This document shows positions 12,981 through 25,434 of a stretch of DNA of 64,000 bases, piece by piece (the first letter of the stretch is position 1; every line of letters starts with the position of its first letter). The position numbers were made by a program, and so were the translations under genes. The notes under the pieces are model-generated. The model was not told the origin of the DNA. It saw nothing but the letters and a program-made list of their open reading frames with translations, and did no database searches. The DNA comes from Curvularia clavata. Its lineage: Eukaryota. Location of the stretch: the NCBI GenBank assembly GCA_023920165.1, contig CP089278.1:124001-188000 (forward strand), read 5' to 3'.

Positions 12981-14824
12981 CTACAGTGTATATCTAAAAA
13001 GTGGCGACCTATCTCCCATGTCCAAGAGTTCCTCATCCGTATAACGTGCACGGATCTCGTCTTCACCGAGTTTTGACTTCTTCGAGTTCCCCCACTTGTA
13101 TGATAGTTCCAGCAGAAATGCGACGACGAAACCACTGGCGCCAAAGGCGAGCGACAATCCGAATCCCGTATAGTACTTGGGCTTCTCGCTGTCGAGATAC
13201 ATGTAGCTTCCAATAACACCACCAATATTGCCAACGCATATATTAAAAGCAACGCCGATAGCTCGTCGAGAAGATGGGGCAAGGTTGTTTGCTGCCCAAG
13301 AGCTTCCTGCAGGTTGGACTGGGTAGATGCCCATGCATGTTAGTATGATTGCGAAGAATGCTGGTCCGAGGTTGCCACCAAGATCGCCGTGGAAGGAGAT
13401 TATGACTGAGTAGCCAATGAAGATGAGTGCTAAGGGAATCGCTACGAACGGTAAGCGCCAGAAGAAGCGATCCGAGAGTTTTGCGAAGAAGATGGAGCTT
13501 AGCGCTCCAGCAACGTAAGGCGGCACTGTCATCAATTGCGCATTTGTGTTGCTGAATCCCATGCCCTTGGTTATAGTAGGCAATGTAAACTTGGTCCCTT
13601 TGTGCCAGTTAGCACACATAATATCTTTGCGGAAGTGGATGCATACCGTATGAGCAAGCAGAAATACAAAGCAGAATGTATGCCTGCATGTAAAGGCGCC
13701 AGTTGCACAGCACCATTTTTAGATCATTCCAGTTGAACCTTTCCTCATTCTCCTCGCCAGATTTCCCACCATCTTTGATGAATCGTTGAAGCTCGAGGAA
13801 GCGGATTTCGTCGGGTTTCAACCACCGTCCACTCAGTGCAGGAGAGTCGATCAGAAAGAAAAAGCATGATACGCCGAGGCCGACCGTGACAATTCCCTCA
13901 AGCAGGAAAATCCATCTCCAGCTATCTCACAGTTAGCATTTCGTCATCCAATGCAAGGTTGAATACCAGTCTATCATTTTGAGAATGTATTGATTCAGGA
14001 CTTACCCTTCGTATCCACCTATGCCATCCATCTTAGCGATAGCTGCCGCGAGTAGACCACTGAATGCTCCAGACAATGCGGACGCACAATAAAAGTACGA
14101 AATCCTTGTAGCAAGGTCTTTTGGCATATACCAGTAGGAACAGAGGTATACAGCACCTGGGAAGAATCCAGCTCTAAGATCGATTAAGAAACATTCGCAG
14201 TACGCCGTTGCTGCTGACTTACTCGAAAACACCAAGAAGGATCCTTGTTGCCAATAGTCCGGCGAAGTTCTTGACCACACCCATCATTGTCATAATGATA
14301 CCCCAGCAAACTATAAGAATCCCAAGGTAGTACGATGGACGTTTGAACTTCTTAAGTAACATGTTTGATGGAACCTCCAGTAAGATGTAAGGCACGAAGA
14401 AGACGGACAGGACGACGTTCCATTCGACACCATTCAGCCCAAGGTCGGTTACCATCCCCTCTATCTTTGCATTCTGTTCAAAGTCAGTCATAATGTTTGA
14501 ACAGGTCCAACGTTATGCGTACACCAATGTTTGCTCGATCTATATGGGAGATCAAGTAGAGCACAGCTAGCATGGGTACAAGACGAATGTCCACCTGGTT
14601 AAATCAGTACAATGTGATATTCGGCGTGATCGCGGGAACTTTACCTTGCGAATTACGGTTTCCCGCTGTGCTTCAGAGTAGTTGGTGTAAAACTCAGCAT
14701 CCTCAGGTGTAAGTCCTAAGACGTGGAAATTGTCGATCTTGACGATTTGAGGTGTCTTGGAAGGATGAGTGGAATTGGCTGTGTCATCAACGCATTGGAC
14801 CTCATTCTTATCAATAGATACCAT
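12981..14824 (-). CDS. MFS transporter, anion:cation symporter (DAL5/TNA1) family
   Basis: Multi-exon. IDRANIG, EVPSNMLLKKF, RILLGVFEAGFFPGAVYLCSYWY, GYEGWRWIFLLEG, QLMTVPPY, C-terminal DMGDRSPLFRYTL. Confidence 0.92.
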
Positions 14825-15149
14825 GGTGTTGCGTGCACTGAAAAGGTTTTAGTACGATATATGGAGTTGATACAACGACTCCGTCTCAAGAGGGGTGATG
14901 CCTCCTCCAAAATCAGTCATCTTCCATCGCTTTATACACTGTTCTTGGCTAGTTGAATCGAGCAAAAGAACGCCCAATTTGCGGAGAAACGTACAATCCC
15001 GACCATCTGTTTCCTGGAGAAAGCCAAGTGCGGGGAAATGTTGTTCATGCCAATCCTAATTCAGACATAGTGGGCTGATGTTGTGCGCTAAGGGCTTCCG
15101 AGGGCATCGGAACCTTTTCCGTACAAATCAAACGTAGATCCGGCTTTGG

Positions 15150-15191
15150 CGGATATATGCAGCTGTATCCGAACACTATGGACGGATATCC
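15150..15191. promoter_or_regulatory. Cluster of CGGATA(T)/TATCCG half-sites in the MFS/NRPS-like divergent promoter
   Basis: CGGATAT 15150-15156, TATCCG 15166-15171, CGGATATCC 15183-15191. Confidence 0.45.
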
Positions 15192-15294
15192 TCTATTCAC
15201 TTGCGGCGCTGGAAGTACTTGTTCTACAACATTTAACGCATATTGCGGCCACTTCTTTTGTTTTCACTGCTGCCTCTAGAACTCTATCACAGCC

Positions 15295-18200
15295 ATGGCA
15301 CCTGCACAGATTGCTATTGCTGCTTCAATGCCGCCGTCGCGGCCACAGAGCACATGTTTGGACGTTCACAAAACCACACCACCGCAGGATGAGTCTACGA
15401 TACAGACTGTAGACGCTCTTATCCGACACCGCGCGCGTCAACAACCAAACATCACCATTGTCTCATATCCAAAAACTGGAGTCAATTTCGTCGATTACTC
15501 CATGCAACAATTGGACGTTTTCGCCTTCAGGGTGGCCCGACATTATCAAGCATTGATTCCGACGAGAAAAAGCTCGGCAGAAAAGCCTACAACGGTAGCC
15601 CTACTCGGACCAAGCAATTTTGATTATTTAGTTACAATGCTGGCGTTGACCAAACTTGGCCATACGGTGCTATTCCTTTCGACCAGGATTTCTCAAGCTG
15701 CTGTGAACTCCTTGATAGAGACGACAGGTGCTAAATATCTGTTAGCAGACTCGCGACATGCGCGCACAGCTTCTGAAGCTCAAAACCACCTACCTGGCTT
15801 GAACATCGGTGAGATCGCAAGGTCAGATGTTTACGAATTTCCCATCGAAGTTTATGCGGATACCCGCCTAGACTATCAACTCGATCACTCAATCGAATCC
15901 ATGAACAACATCTACATCATCCATTCCAGTGGCAAGTCGAATGAAAGAATTAGCATTACTGTTGCTAATACCAGTTAGGCTCTACCGGACTACCTAAGCC
16001 TATCTACCAGCCTCAAAAAAGCGCAATTGCAAATTATGCTATCAGCATGAACATGAAGGCTTTCATCACGTTACCACTCTATCACAATCATGGTATCTGC
16101 AATTTCTTTCGCGCTATCTACAGTGGAAAATCCATCCACATCTACAATGCCGACCTCCCACTCACTCAACCGCATCTCGCAGCTATCTTGAAGCAGCATG
16201 ACTTTGGGATCTTTTACGGCGTTCCTTATGCTCTTAAGCTTCTTGCAGAGACGGATGAGGGTATTCACCTTTTGAAGCAACTCAAGATCGTCATGTACGG
16301 GGGAAGCGCTTGCCCAGATGCTCTAGGCAATTTGTTAGTAGAAAACGGTATCCACCTCGTGGGCCACTACGGAGCGTAGGTAGTATCGCGACTCATGATC
16401 GTCATATGGGCTGACATGATGAAGAACAGAGGTGGGTCAGCTGATGACTTCTTTCCGGCCCTCGGGGGATACAGCATGGAACTATGTTCGCGAAACCCCA
16501 AAGCTCTCTCCATTCCTCCGATGGCGCCCTTGCGGAAACAATTTGTACGAATGCATAGTCCTACCAGGCTGGCCAGCAAAAGTTGCTTCTAACCTTCCAG
16601 ACGGAAGTTACGCTACCAAAGATCTTTTCGAGCCGCATCCGACCATTGAAAAAGCCTGGAAATACATTGCCCGAGTCGATGATACAATCACATTATTGAA
16701 CGGAGAGAAGTTCAATCCAGTCATGATGGAAGGAACCATTCGCTCGCATCGTGCCGTCACCGAAACTGTCATTTTTGGTTCCAACCGACCCTACCTAGGC
16801 ATGTTGATCGTACCCAAGATTGAGGGAATGTCGCAGTCAGAGCTTGTTGATGAGGTATGGCCTCTTGTCGAAGCAGCAAACAACATAGCAGAAGCATATG
16901 CGAGAATATCCAGGGACATGGTTCGAGTCCTACCATATGGCTGTTCATTTCCCCGTACGGACAAGGGTAGTGTGATTCGACAAGCATTTTACAAGGAGTT
17001 TGCGAACGAAATCGAAGATGCGTACGATGCAGCAGCAACAAAACTTGGAAGTCTCAAAATATACACTGCCTCGGAACTTGAGGACCATATTCGCTCCATT
17101 CTGCACAAGTATCTCCCTTCAGTGCAAGACGTGGATTGCACAACTGACCTTTTCTCATTGGGCGTCGATTCTCTCCAGTCTCTCCAAATCCGAATGGAGA
17201 TCTTGAAAACCGTCAATATCGGAGGCAACAAACTCGGCCAAAATGTCGTTTTTGAATATCCTTCCATCAAATCACTTAGTGCTCATCTTCATCACCTCCG
17301 TACTGGCGAAGAAGAGCAGCAGTCGACTCCGGCTGAACGGATGGAAGACCTTGTCTCCCGATACACTTCATTTGAACGAGTTCAGAAACCGCGACGTATT
17401 GCACTCACTGGTGCTACTGGATCTCTCGGTGCCCACATCCTAGCACAATTAGTTGAGCGTCCAGACGTCGAGACAGTGCATTGCCTGGTGCGCGCTAAGA
17501 CCAATAGCGACGCTATGCAACGTGTTCGGAGATCTCTATTAGATCGAAAGGTTTACCATGAGCTTTCTATATCAGCGCGCAGGAAGATCAGTGCACTGGC
17601 AACGGACCTTTCTGACTCCCACCTGGGTCTCGACAATGCAACATATACGAAAGTCGCTTCAACTCTTACTGGTGTTATTCATTGTGCTTGGAGTGTCAAT
17701 TTCAACAAAAGCTTAACTTCTTTTGAGAAGGACTGTATCGCAGGCGTACGCTACCTTATTGATTTGTGCCTTGCTACGCCTTCACAGATACCTGCTACCT
17801 TTGATTTCTGCTCATCAGTGAGCACTGTCGCACGCTGTCCCGACTTTCATACACCCGAACGACTAGCAGAGTATGGCTGGGCTCAAGAAATGGGATATGC
17901 CCAGGGTAAATGTGTTGCAGAACACATCTGCATGGCTGCTGCAGAGAAGACGGGTATCAATGCTCGGGTGCTACGTGTTGGCCAGATTGTAGCTGACACA
18001 GTACATGGTGTATGGAATGCTACCGAGGCCATTCCTCTTATAATGCAATCTGCGCTTACTATTGGCGCACTACCTAAACTGCAGGAGTCGCCAAGTTGGA
18101 CACCCGTCGACGTGGTTGCCAAAGCAGTGACGGAAGTCTCACTCAGCAATGCGCATTCTGTGATTGCGAATGTCACGAATGCAAAGACCTTTTCTTGGAC

Positions 18201-19044
18201 GGACCAACTCCTTCCCGCTTTACATGATGCGGGCCTTGACTTCGAAGAGATTGAGCCTAAGGAGTGGGTGCAGAAGCTTCGTGCGTCTGATCCAGATGCA
18301 ATAGCCAATCCTTCTATCAAGCTCGTTGATTTCTTTGCATCAAAGTATGAAAAGGACAGCTTCGGCCCTTCGAGAACTTACGAAACAAAAACCGCTCGAT
18401 TGTATTCTCCTTCATTGGATAATGCTCCTGCGCTCAACACAGACTTTGTTAAAACGTTTGTCCGACGATTTCAAGCTACAGCATGGAGTCCAGCTAGTTC
18501 GAATGTCCAACCAAAGAAGCAGCTGGTTGTCTTCATCGGACCTTGTGGGAGCGGCAAATCAACCATAGCAAGACACGTGAGCCGCCACGCCACAGCTTCG
18601 TTTATCGAGGGTGACGATCTTCATACAGTAGATGCCGTAACCACCATGGCTGCGGGAACACCACTCGATGACGGCACACGAATACAGTGGCTTAGTCGAA
18701 TCAAGCAAAGAGTCTTAGATGCCTTCAACACGCTCGGCTGTGATCGTGTCTTCATCTCTTGCTCCGCGCTGAAGAAGTCTTATCGAGACCAACTCCGAGA
18801 CTTCCCTGATAATGACATCAAGGTCACGTTCTTGAACCTTCAGGTCGAGCAAGAGGAACTTGTACGGCGAATGAAAGCACGAAAAGATCATTATATGAAA
18901 CATGACATGGTAGAGAATCAGGTTGCTCTCTGGGAAAGGCCACATAAGACGGAAACAGATGTACTTCCTGTTGACGCTGGGCAAACTGCAGAGGCAGTTT
19001 TAGAAGAGGTGAAATGGCTTCTATACGAATATATGCGCATGTAG
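15295..19044 (+). CDS. NRPS-like carboxylic acid reductase (A-T-R) with C-terminal gluconokinase-like P-loop domain, ~1217 aa
   Basis: Exons 15295-15931, 15979-16375, 16425-19044. A domain: HSSGSTGLPKP, YGATE, TKDLF, RVDD, PRTDKG. T domain: LGVDSL. R domain: TGATGSLG, GYAQGK. Kinase: GPCGSGKST, EGDDLH, CSALKKSYRDQLR, RKDHYM. Confidence 0.92.
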
Positions 19045-19717
19045 TTAGGCCTTGGTGCTAGCTATACGTTGGAGAAATAAGATGCAGATATAATGACACT
19101 CCGTTCAAGACCCTGAGTGGTAGCCAACAAATAAATAATCATGGCCGCGTGAGGTAGATGAATTGCTAGTCGGGACTAATTCACACCTCTTCGGGCTAAA
19201 ACAAAGGTTTGAGATAGTTACCGGAGACTCAGATTACATGAATTGAATGTAAGATTACTTGCGATACCCTCCTCTCTTAGCGTGAAGGAGATAGTTGATG
19301 GTCATCCTACCCTATCCCACTGATCATTAAGGAAGCGCTTCCCTGTCTCTTGGTACCCTAGTACATAGTTGACCACAATTTAACTGCCAGAATACCATCG
19401 CTTTATTGGTTCTTCAGTGGTTCAGTTCTGCCGCAAATCCCATCTCAGCATGGCGCCATTTGGTGTAAGCTCTCAGCATTTATTCTGTTTTTGCGACAGC
19501 AGGAAGCACCGCGGTCCGTAATGCTGCATCTGGCGCATTGCTACTTGCAGGACCAGTAACTGATTAGGTATGCACATATCAAAGACCTAGCTAGACCTGC
19601 TTCATCACCATCCCGCTGTTCCTTGCCTGCCTACCCTAATGCCAATTTCAATGCCAATTTCAATCCCAATCCTAAATCTCATCCTAATACCGACCTCTAT
19701 GCTCATTTTGAATTGCT

Positions 19718-22532
19718 CTATCTGTAATTGATTGTAAATGAAGGCGATTCTGCGACATCCCATTGCTTCGCATCACTTGCGTTGCCAAAGATATGGAGTG
19801 CTGAGACCCGAAATCTGTAACTACCCGGTGCTACCCATGTCTTATCGGCCAACTGACCATTCCATGTATATGTAACCAATCCACGTGGACTCTCGTCGGA
19901 TGAAGAACCGGGTAACTCGATTCCTTGACCGAGGTTTGCTGTGTAGTTGCCGCTTGTCAAGTTGCCGGTTGACAGGATCTCGACTTTGAGCAGTGGGGAC
20001 CCAAAATACATGTCGATAGCAGCAACTGGAAGGTCATCCTTAATGTTCTTGATGTCCGTGATGTTGAATTGCGGGAACAGGAAAGTCGAGTTACCACCAC
20101 TGACGGGAGCGTTGTCAGGGTCAGATGACCGCGACACATATGTCATATTCAAGACAGTATGAGCATTTAGATCTCCTAGGATACCTTGATATGGGAGAGA
20201 CAGCTTTTCGCCGTTTGTGCCATTGATTTGAATGTAGCCACCGTATACTGGAAGTCGAGCAGCATCTACTGATGGCGGCGTAACCTTGACAGCGACTTTG
20301 GATTTACCACCTGCAGGAATAGTGACCTTGTACTCGCTTAGATGTACTGTTGCGAAAGAATTGTCGAGCTTAAGTCCAGGGAACGGATCTGGCTTCTTAC
20401 TGTCAGAGAATGTGTAAGCGGTGGCAGCACCAATCACGTCCAACTCATAGGTAACGGCTTCATGGCCAGTGTTGGAAATGGTGAAGCTTTTGTCGGTGAG
20501 TCGAACTGTGTCATTGAAAGCCAGATTCGAATCGCTCAAAACAGTATTCGCATAAGCAGCATCAAATGCCTGGGCTATGCCAGCTCCTTGTTGTGCGATT
20601 GGCGCCAGGAAAGGGCTGATGGTGCCATCAGGATCTGCCTGTAGTACGGGCTTAGCTGTAGCAGCGAGCACATTGCGAAGCTCTGAAGGGTCAGTGGACT
20701 TCCGCACGTTTGATACAAGCGCATAGATGGCGGCAGTGAGTGGGGCGGCCATAGAGGTACCGGACAAGACAGCGTAAGAGCCCAACGCAACAGGCCAGGT
20801 TGACAGTATGGACCCGCCAGGAGTACCAAACGTAGGACTGATATTGGCTTCGAAGGAAGGTCCCCAAGATGTGTAGTAGCTCAAGAATCCACCCGTGAGG
20901 TTGTTAGGATTCTCTTCCACTGACATTGGACTGGTGTAGGGGTTGCCCATATCTAATGTAACAACTTTTCCAGCAGCCAGATCTCTGACCCACGTCGCGC
21001 CTAACGTGCCAGTGACTAAGCCAATAGCCGTTAGATTTTGAACGTCCACTGCTATGAGGATCTTTCCAGGAACATTGTTGTACAACATGACGTACTTGGC
21101 CCCTCGCGCCACTGCGTTCTCCGCTTTAGTCTGCCAAGCGCAGGTGCCTCGACGGATAAGAACAACTTTGTTCGATAGATCGGGCGTGTTGTCAGGGAAA
21201 GGATCGCATCCTTGATCGGTTTGGTTTGTGTCGAATGATGGAGTCCAAATCGGTAAATTGACGTCTGTCCAGTTGTCTGGGGAGCCGTTGGCATACTCGA
21301 AGCTCTGTTTCGAGCCACCGGACACTGTATAGTAGCCCCTGACCGATAAAACAGGCGTTTGAGTGTTGTCGTATGAAGCAATAGCAGCAACACCCTTCCC
21401 CCCTGCTGGGGTGCTTTCAACGAACAGTCCTTGATCACCCGAATTACCAGCAGAAGCGATGAAACTGACGCCTCGGGCCACGATGCGGGCGACAACAACG
21501 TTGCCGACTTCCTCAGACCATCCGCTAGCAGCTCCAAGCGAGGCACTAATGATATTAGCACCTTCTTGTTGGGCGCGCAAGAAGGCGGCTATCAAGACAT
21601 CGTTCTCAGTAAAACCTGAGCATCCAAATACGCGATAAGATGCTAGTTTGACGCCCTGGAACATATTAGAAAGCTGTCAGAATAATTTTTCGACAAGTAC
21701 TGACAGGAGCAGCTCCGGTAAAGCCTAACTTGTTCGGCTGAGCAGCAACGATACCAGCTACATGCGTTCCATGTCCCTGTCATGAGTCAGTAATTATGGA
21801 CAAAATGAGGTCCCTGGAAGATTTTACGTACAGCACAATCCATTGGGTCGTTGTCAGGCACCGGATAATTGGTGCCATTGTATTTGTCACCAACGAAATC
21901 ATGACCACCAACAACCAGGCAACCAGGTCCAAAGCACCCGCCCAGAGCTGGGTGGGTATAGTCGATCTATCATCAGATCAGTACCGTTGCAAAGTAGGAA
22001 ACGATGACACATACACCAGTATCAATGATCGCAATTTTCACTCCTTTACCAGTTATGCCCTTGGCTCGTAACTTGTCGACTTGGGTCATGATATGAGGCG
22101 AGAATGTGTCGTTGCTGTAGGACCGCTTGAACATTTGGTCGGATTCTAGTCCTGCTGGCGCGCGCGGTGCAACCCAGTCGATGAAAGGATCGGGTGCAGG
22201 AATCCTTTTCTTTGGCCAGACGTTTTTTATGGCTGGCGACGCTAACAACTGGGCAATATGTTCACCGGCAGGTTTAATGTTGTCAAACTCGACGGTAGCG
22301 CCCTTGAACAATTCGAAGTCCAAATCCATCGTTTTCTTTACACCGGGAATATCCAATGCAGATGTGAGTTGCTGAAATAATTTAGTAAAGTATATTGGCA
22401 CTCTCTTTTCGTAGTTTTTCTTACCGAGGCATCCTCGTATTCAACGATAAAAGCTCTTGGAACAACCTGTAGCGGCTGGGATCCAGCTACAACACCAAGC
22501 AACAGTGATAGGAGATAGGATTTCCAAAACAT
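19718..22532 (-). CDS. Secreted subtilisin-like serine protease (S8) with PA and Fn3-like domains
   Basis: Signal peptide, IIDTG/IDYTHPALGG, GHGTHVAGI, AGNSG, PA motif LIRRGTC, SGTSMAAP; several introns. Confidence 0.93.
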
Positions 22533-24041
22533 GGTGGCGATTTTGAATAAAACGAGTGACTGATACAGAAAAGAGAAAGCAAACGCACACGTAGTGTGTG
22601 CAGATCAAGAGAGTGTCGCTGAGTGAAGACTGAGGCGCGTATACAATGGCAAATGCGTATTTATGTATGATACACGAGATTGCCCCTTTCCAAGACTTAC
22701 TGCCTTGCTTCAAATAACCTTTCGGAAGAACATGTTCTAGCGCGTTGCATGTCCAGCATTGTAAAGTCCCACTATAACCGAACGGGTATCTTCTGTCAGC
22801 ATGCACGCTGACATAGCGTCACCGTCCTCGGTCCTTTGACATCCCATGTCAACTAGTAACTTTAACGTGATATCAAGGACGGTAGGTAACGGAACAGAAA
22901 TTAATCTCAATGCAGATCTGCACCAATTCTCCGAACTCCCATGGGCCAGAATAATCCCTGCCGTGATCCCGCGGCTATTGCTCATAAGCGCTAGCCCGAA
23001 GCGCAAGCTGCTTACTGCAACATCACATTCTCTCCTGTCAGGAGCCTTCTCACATAGATAGACTTCCATGCAGCCCAAGGTATCTCTCATAATACTCGGC
23101 CCGTTTCCCTTGAAATGAAAGCCGGTCATCCGCACCTTCCTAATGTATAGAAAGGGCAATTCTGTGAGTATTAGCATGATCAAGAACATCCCCAAGCCCT
23201 GTGCATATTCAGGAGGAGTTTTCGAATTTTGCGCGGCGTTCTTCCCATCGATATTATCGTTTTCCTCAGATGCGATTTCTCTGCACCATGAAACCGCACA
23301 ATCGATAGTCTTTTGAATCCGGATCAATTATACTCATCACCTAGCCCGGTCTAATCAACTCCAATAGTAGTAGCCTTGGGCATCGTTCTCTATACGAAGA
23401 TAAGCGTGTTCCGTAATTATGACATGGGCTTTTTTCGGGTGCCCTGATCGCCTTGCCATAATGTGAGGCTCTTCTGACTTTTGGATAGCATCTGCAGAAG
23501 CACTTTGTGGATGCTTGGGTTTGAGAAATACGCAAAAGCTTAGCCAGCAGTGTAGTCCTTTATAGAGATTAAAAGCAAAATGAGACCCTTCTTCAGTATT
23601 CCACGATATGAGCTCTACTAACTTTGTGCTAGTGGCTGTTACATGGGGCTAAGCTTTCTTTAGTGGACTGTAGTATGTAAGTTCGCTTGCCCGACCTTGC
23701 ACTAATTGATCCCGTAAAAGTCGTATTGTGAGACAGAAACTGATAATAGAATCGCGATGCTATGAGGCTATTGGTTTGCACGTCGCGACTTGCGACTTCA
23801 TTATAGCCAATAGAGAAGCTGCTAGAATTGAGAAGCTCGCTCAGAGGTTACGGCAATAGTGCAGGTCGACTTTCACAGTTCATGCGCCTTCTTCGTGTCT
23901 CATCCGTTGATATTCGACCGAGATCCCTGGTGCATAGCCTTACTGTTTATTTGCCCTTCAACCATGAGCGATCTAGACCGGGATCATCCCCCTCACCTGC
24001 CTGATGCCCGCCACCTTGAAAGATTCCTAAATGCTCAGACA

Positions 24042-25434
24042 CTACTTCTCTTTCTCCATCCCATTCTCACCTGACTCTTGAATCGTGCAGCTAACTTTGG
24101 TTTGGGTCCACCTGGCCATGCATATGAAGAGAGCAGCAGAAATCGTCAGTGTTCCCGCCCATATCTGTGCCTTGAGAAAGCCTCCATTATCGCTTTCGAT
24201 CAAGGCACCCGCTGTTGGTGGCCCCGCCAATGATGCAAATGCTAGTATAGAACACACCATTCCGAACCGAACGCCTAGCTTGCTTGGATCCGTGGTCAAC
24301 GATGCGAGTCCACTAACAAACACTGTGGGAAGTACTGTTCATCAGCTAATACTCAAAGCGCAATCTTGAGGGCTCAATTTCTGGAAATGCCCCTAGCTTA
24401 AGGGGTGCGAGAGATGAATCGGATGGTAGGGGTGTACACTGACTGCCTTGAGTTGCGCCGGTAGCTAGTCCGTAGAATACCGCATAAACGTATAGACTGC
24501 CAACGCTACGAATTGGAATCCAGACAAACAACATGATGGCGAGAAAAACCGTTGCAAAGATTAGCGTGGGAAGTGATCCGAAATACCTATCCGCAACCAG
24601 GCCGAGGAATGGTCGAACTGGTATTCCCACAGCATTGATGATTACAAGCATGTTGACTGCTTCCTCCGGAGATAGGCCGACAATTGAAGTCGCAAATGTG
24701 TTGATGAAGAAAAAACAGAAATATAGTGTGAGGAATAGCAGAAACACCCCAATCGTGAAAAGAATGTAGGTAGGTTCCGAGAACGCCTTCCATTCCACGA
24801 GTGCGCCTGCCTTGCGCGGCGGAAGACGTGGTCGAAGGAGAAGGTTAATGACGATTGCGCATGCTAGAGCAATACAGCCCTGCACCTGGACTGCGCGAGG
24901 GAATCCGATAGTTGGTTGAAGATGTTGGATGATCAAAGGAAACAAGATGCTGCCGGTCCCGCTCCCTGAAGCAGCTAATCCCAGGGCCATTGCTTTCCTT
25001 TCCTTCCAGTAGGAGCCGATCACAGCCACGGCAGGCATATACAATGCGCCCATTCCAAGACCAGTGCAAAGACCCTGCGCAAGGAATATCTGCCAGTACT
25101 CGGTCGCTAGGCTAGTCATGAAAGTTCCGAACACGATCAGAGTAGAGCCTAGTAGAGTTGTGTGCTGAACGTAGCCAGCATCAGCGGATCGACCGGAAAA
25201 TGTCCCGACGAAGAACGTCAAGAATACTTGTAAGGATCCAATCCAGGCTATTTGAGATTCCGGTAATGACAATGTGGTCGTATAATGAAGCTGGTAGACG
25301 CCAAATGAAGCAGAATATCCCCAGGTTAGTGCGTTGATAAGATGGCCAGCGAGGATCTGGAGCCAAGCCCGCAGCCCACCGTCGGGAGGTGGGCCTACTT
25401 CCTCCTGAGGTAGTGATAAGATTCTAGATAGCAT
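24042..25434 (-). CDS. MFS monocarboxylate-porter family (Mch-like) transporter
   Basis: PPDGGLRAW, WGYSASFGVYQ, WIGSLQ, YWQIFLAQG, 3' intron ~24443-24323, GVRFGM, GPPTAGAL. A short upstream exon from ATG 25572 is possible. Confidence 0.9.

Noticed and set aside
19636..19690. AATGCCAATTTC-type short repeats
   Set aside because: Low-complexity 3' UTR/intergenic sequence with no spacer structure.
22737..23327. 196 aa minus-strand ORF upstream of the subtilisin
   Set aside because: Non-ATG start, no recognisable motifs, and it runs into the subtilisin promoter; could be a relic but unsupported.
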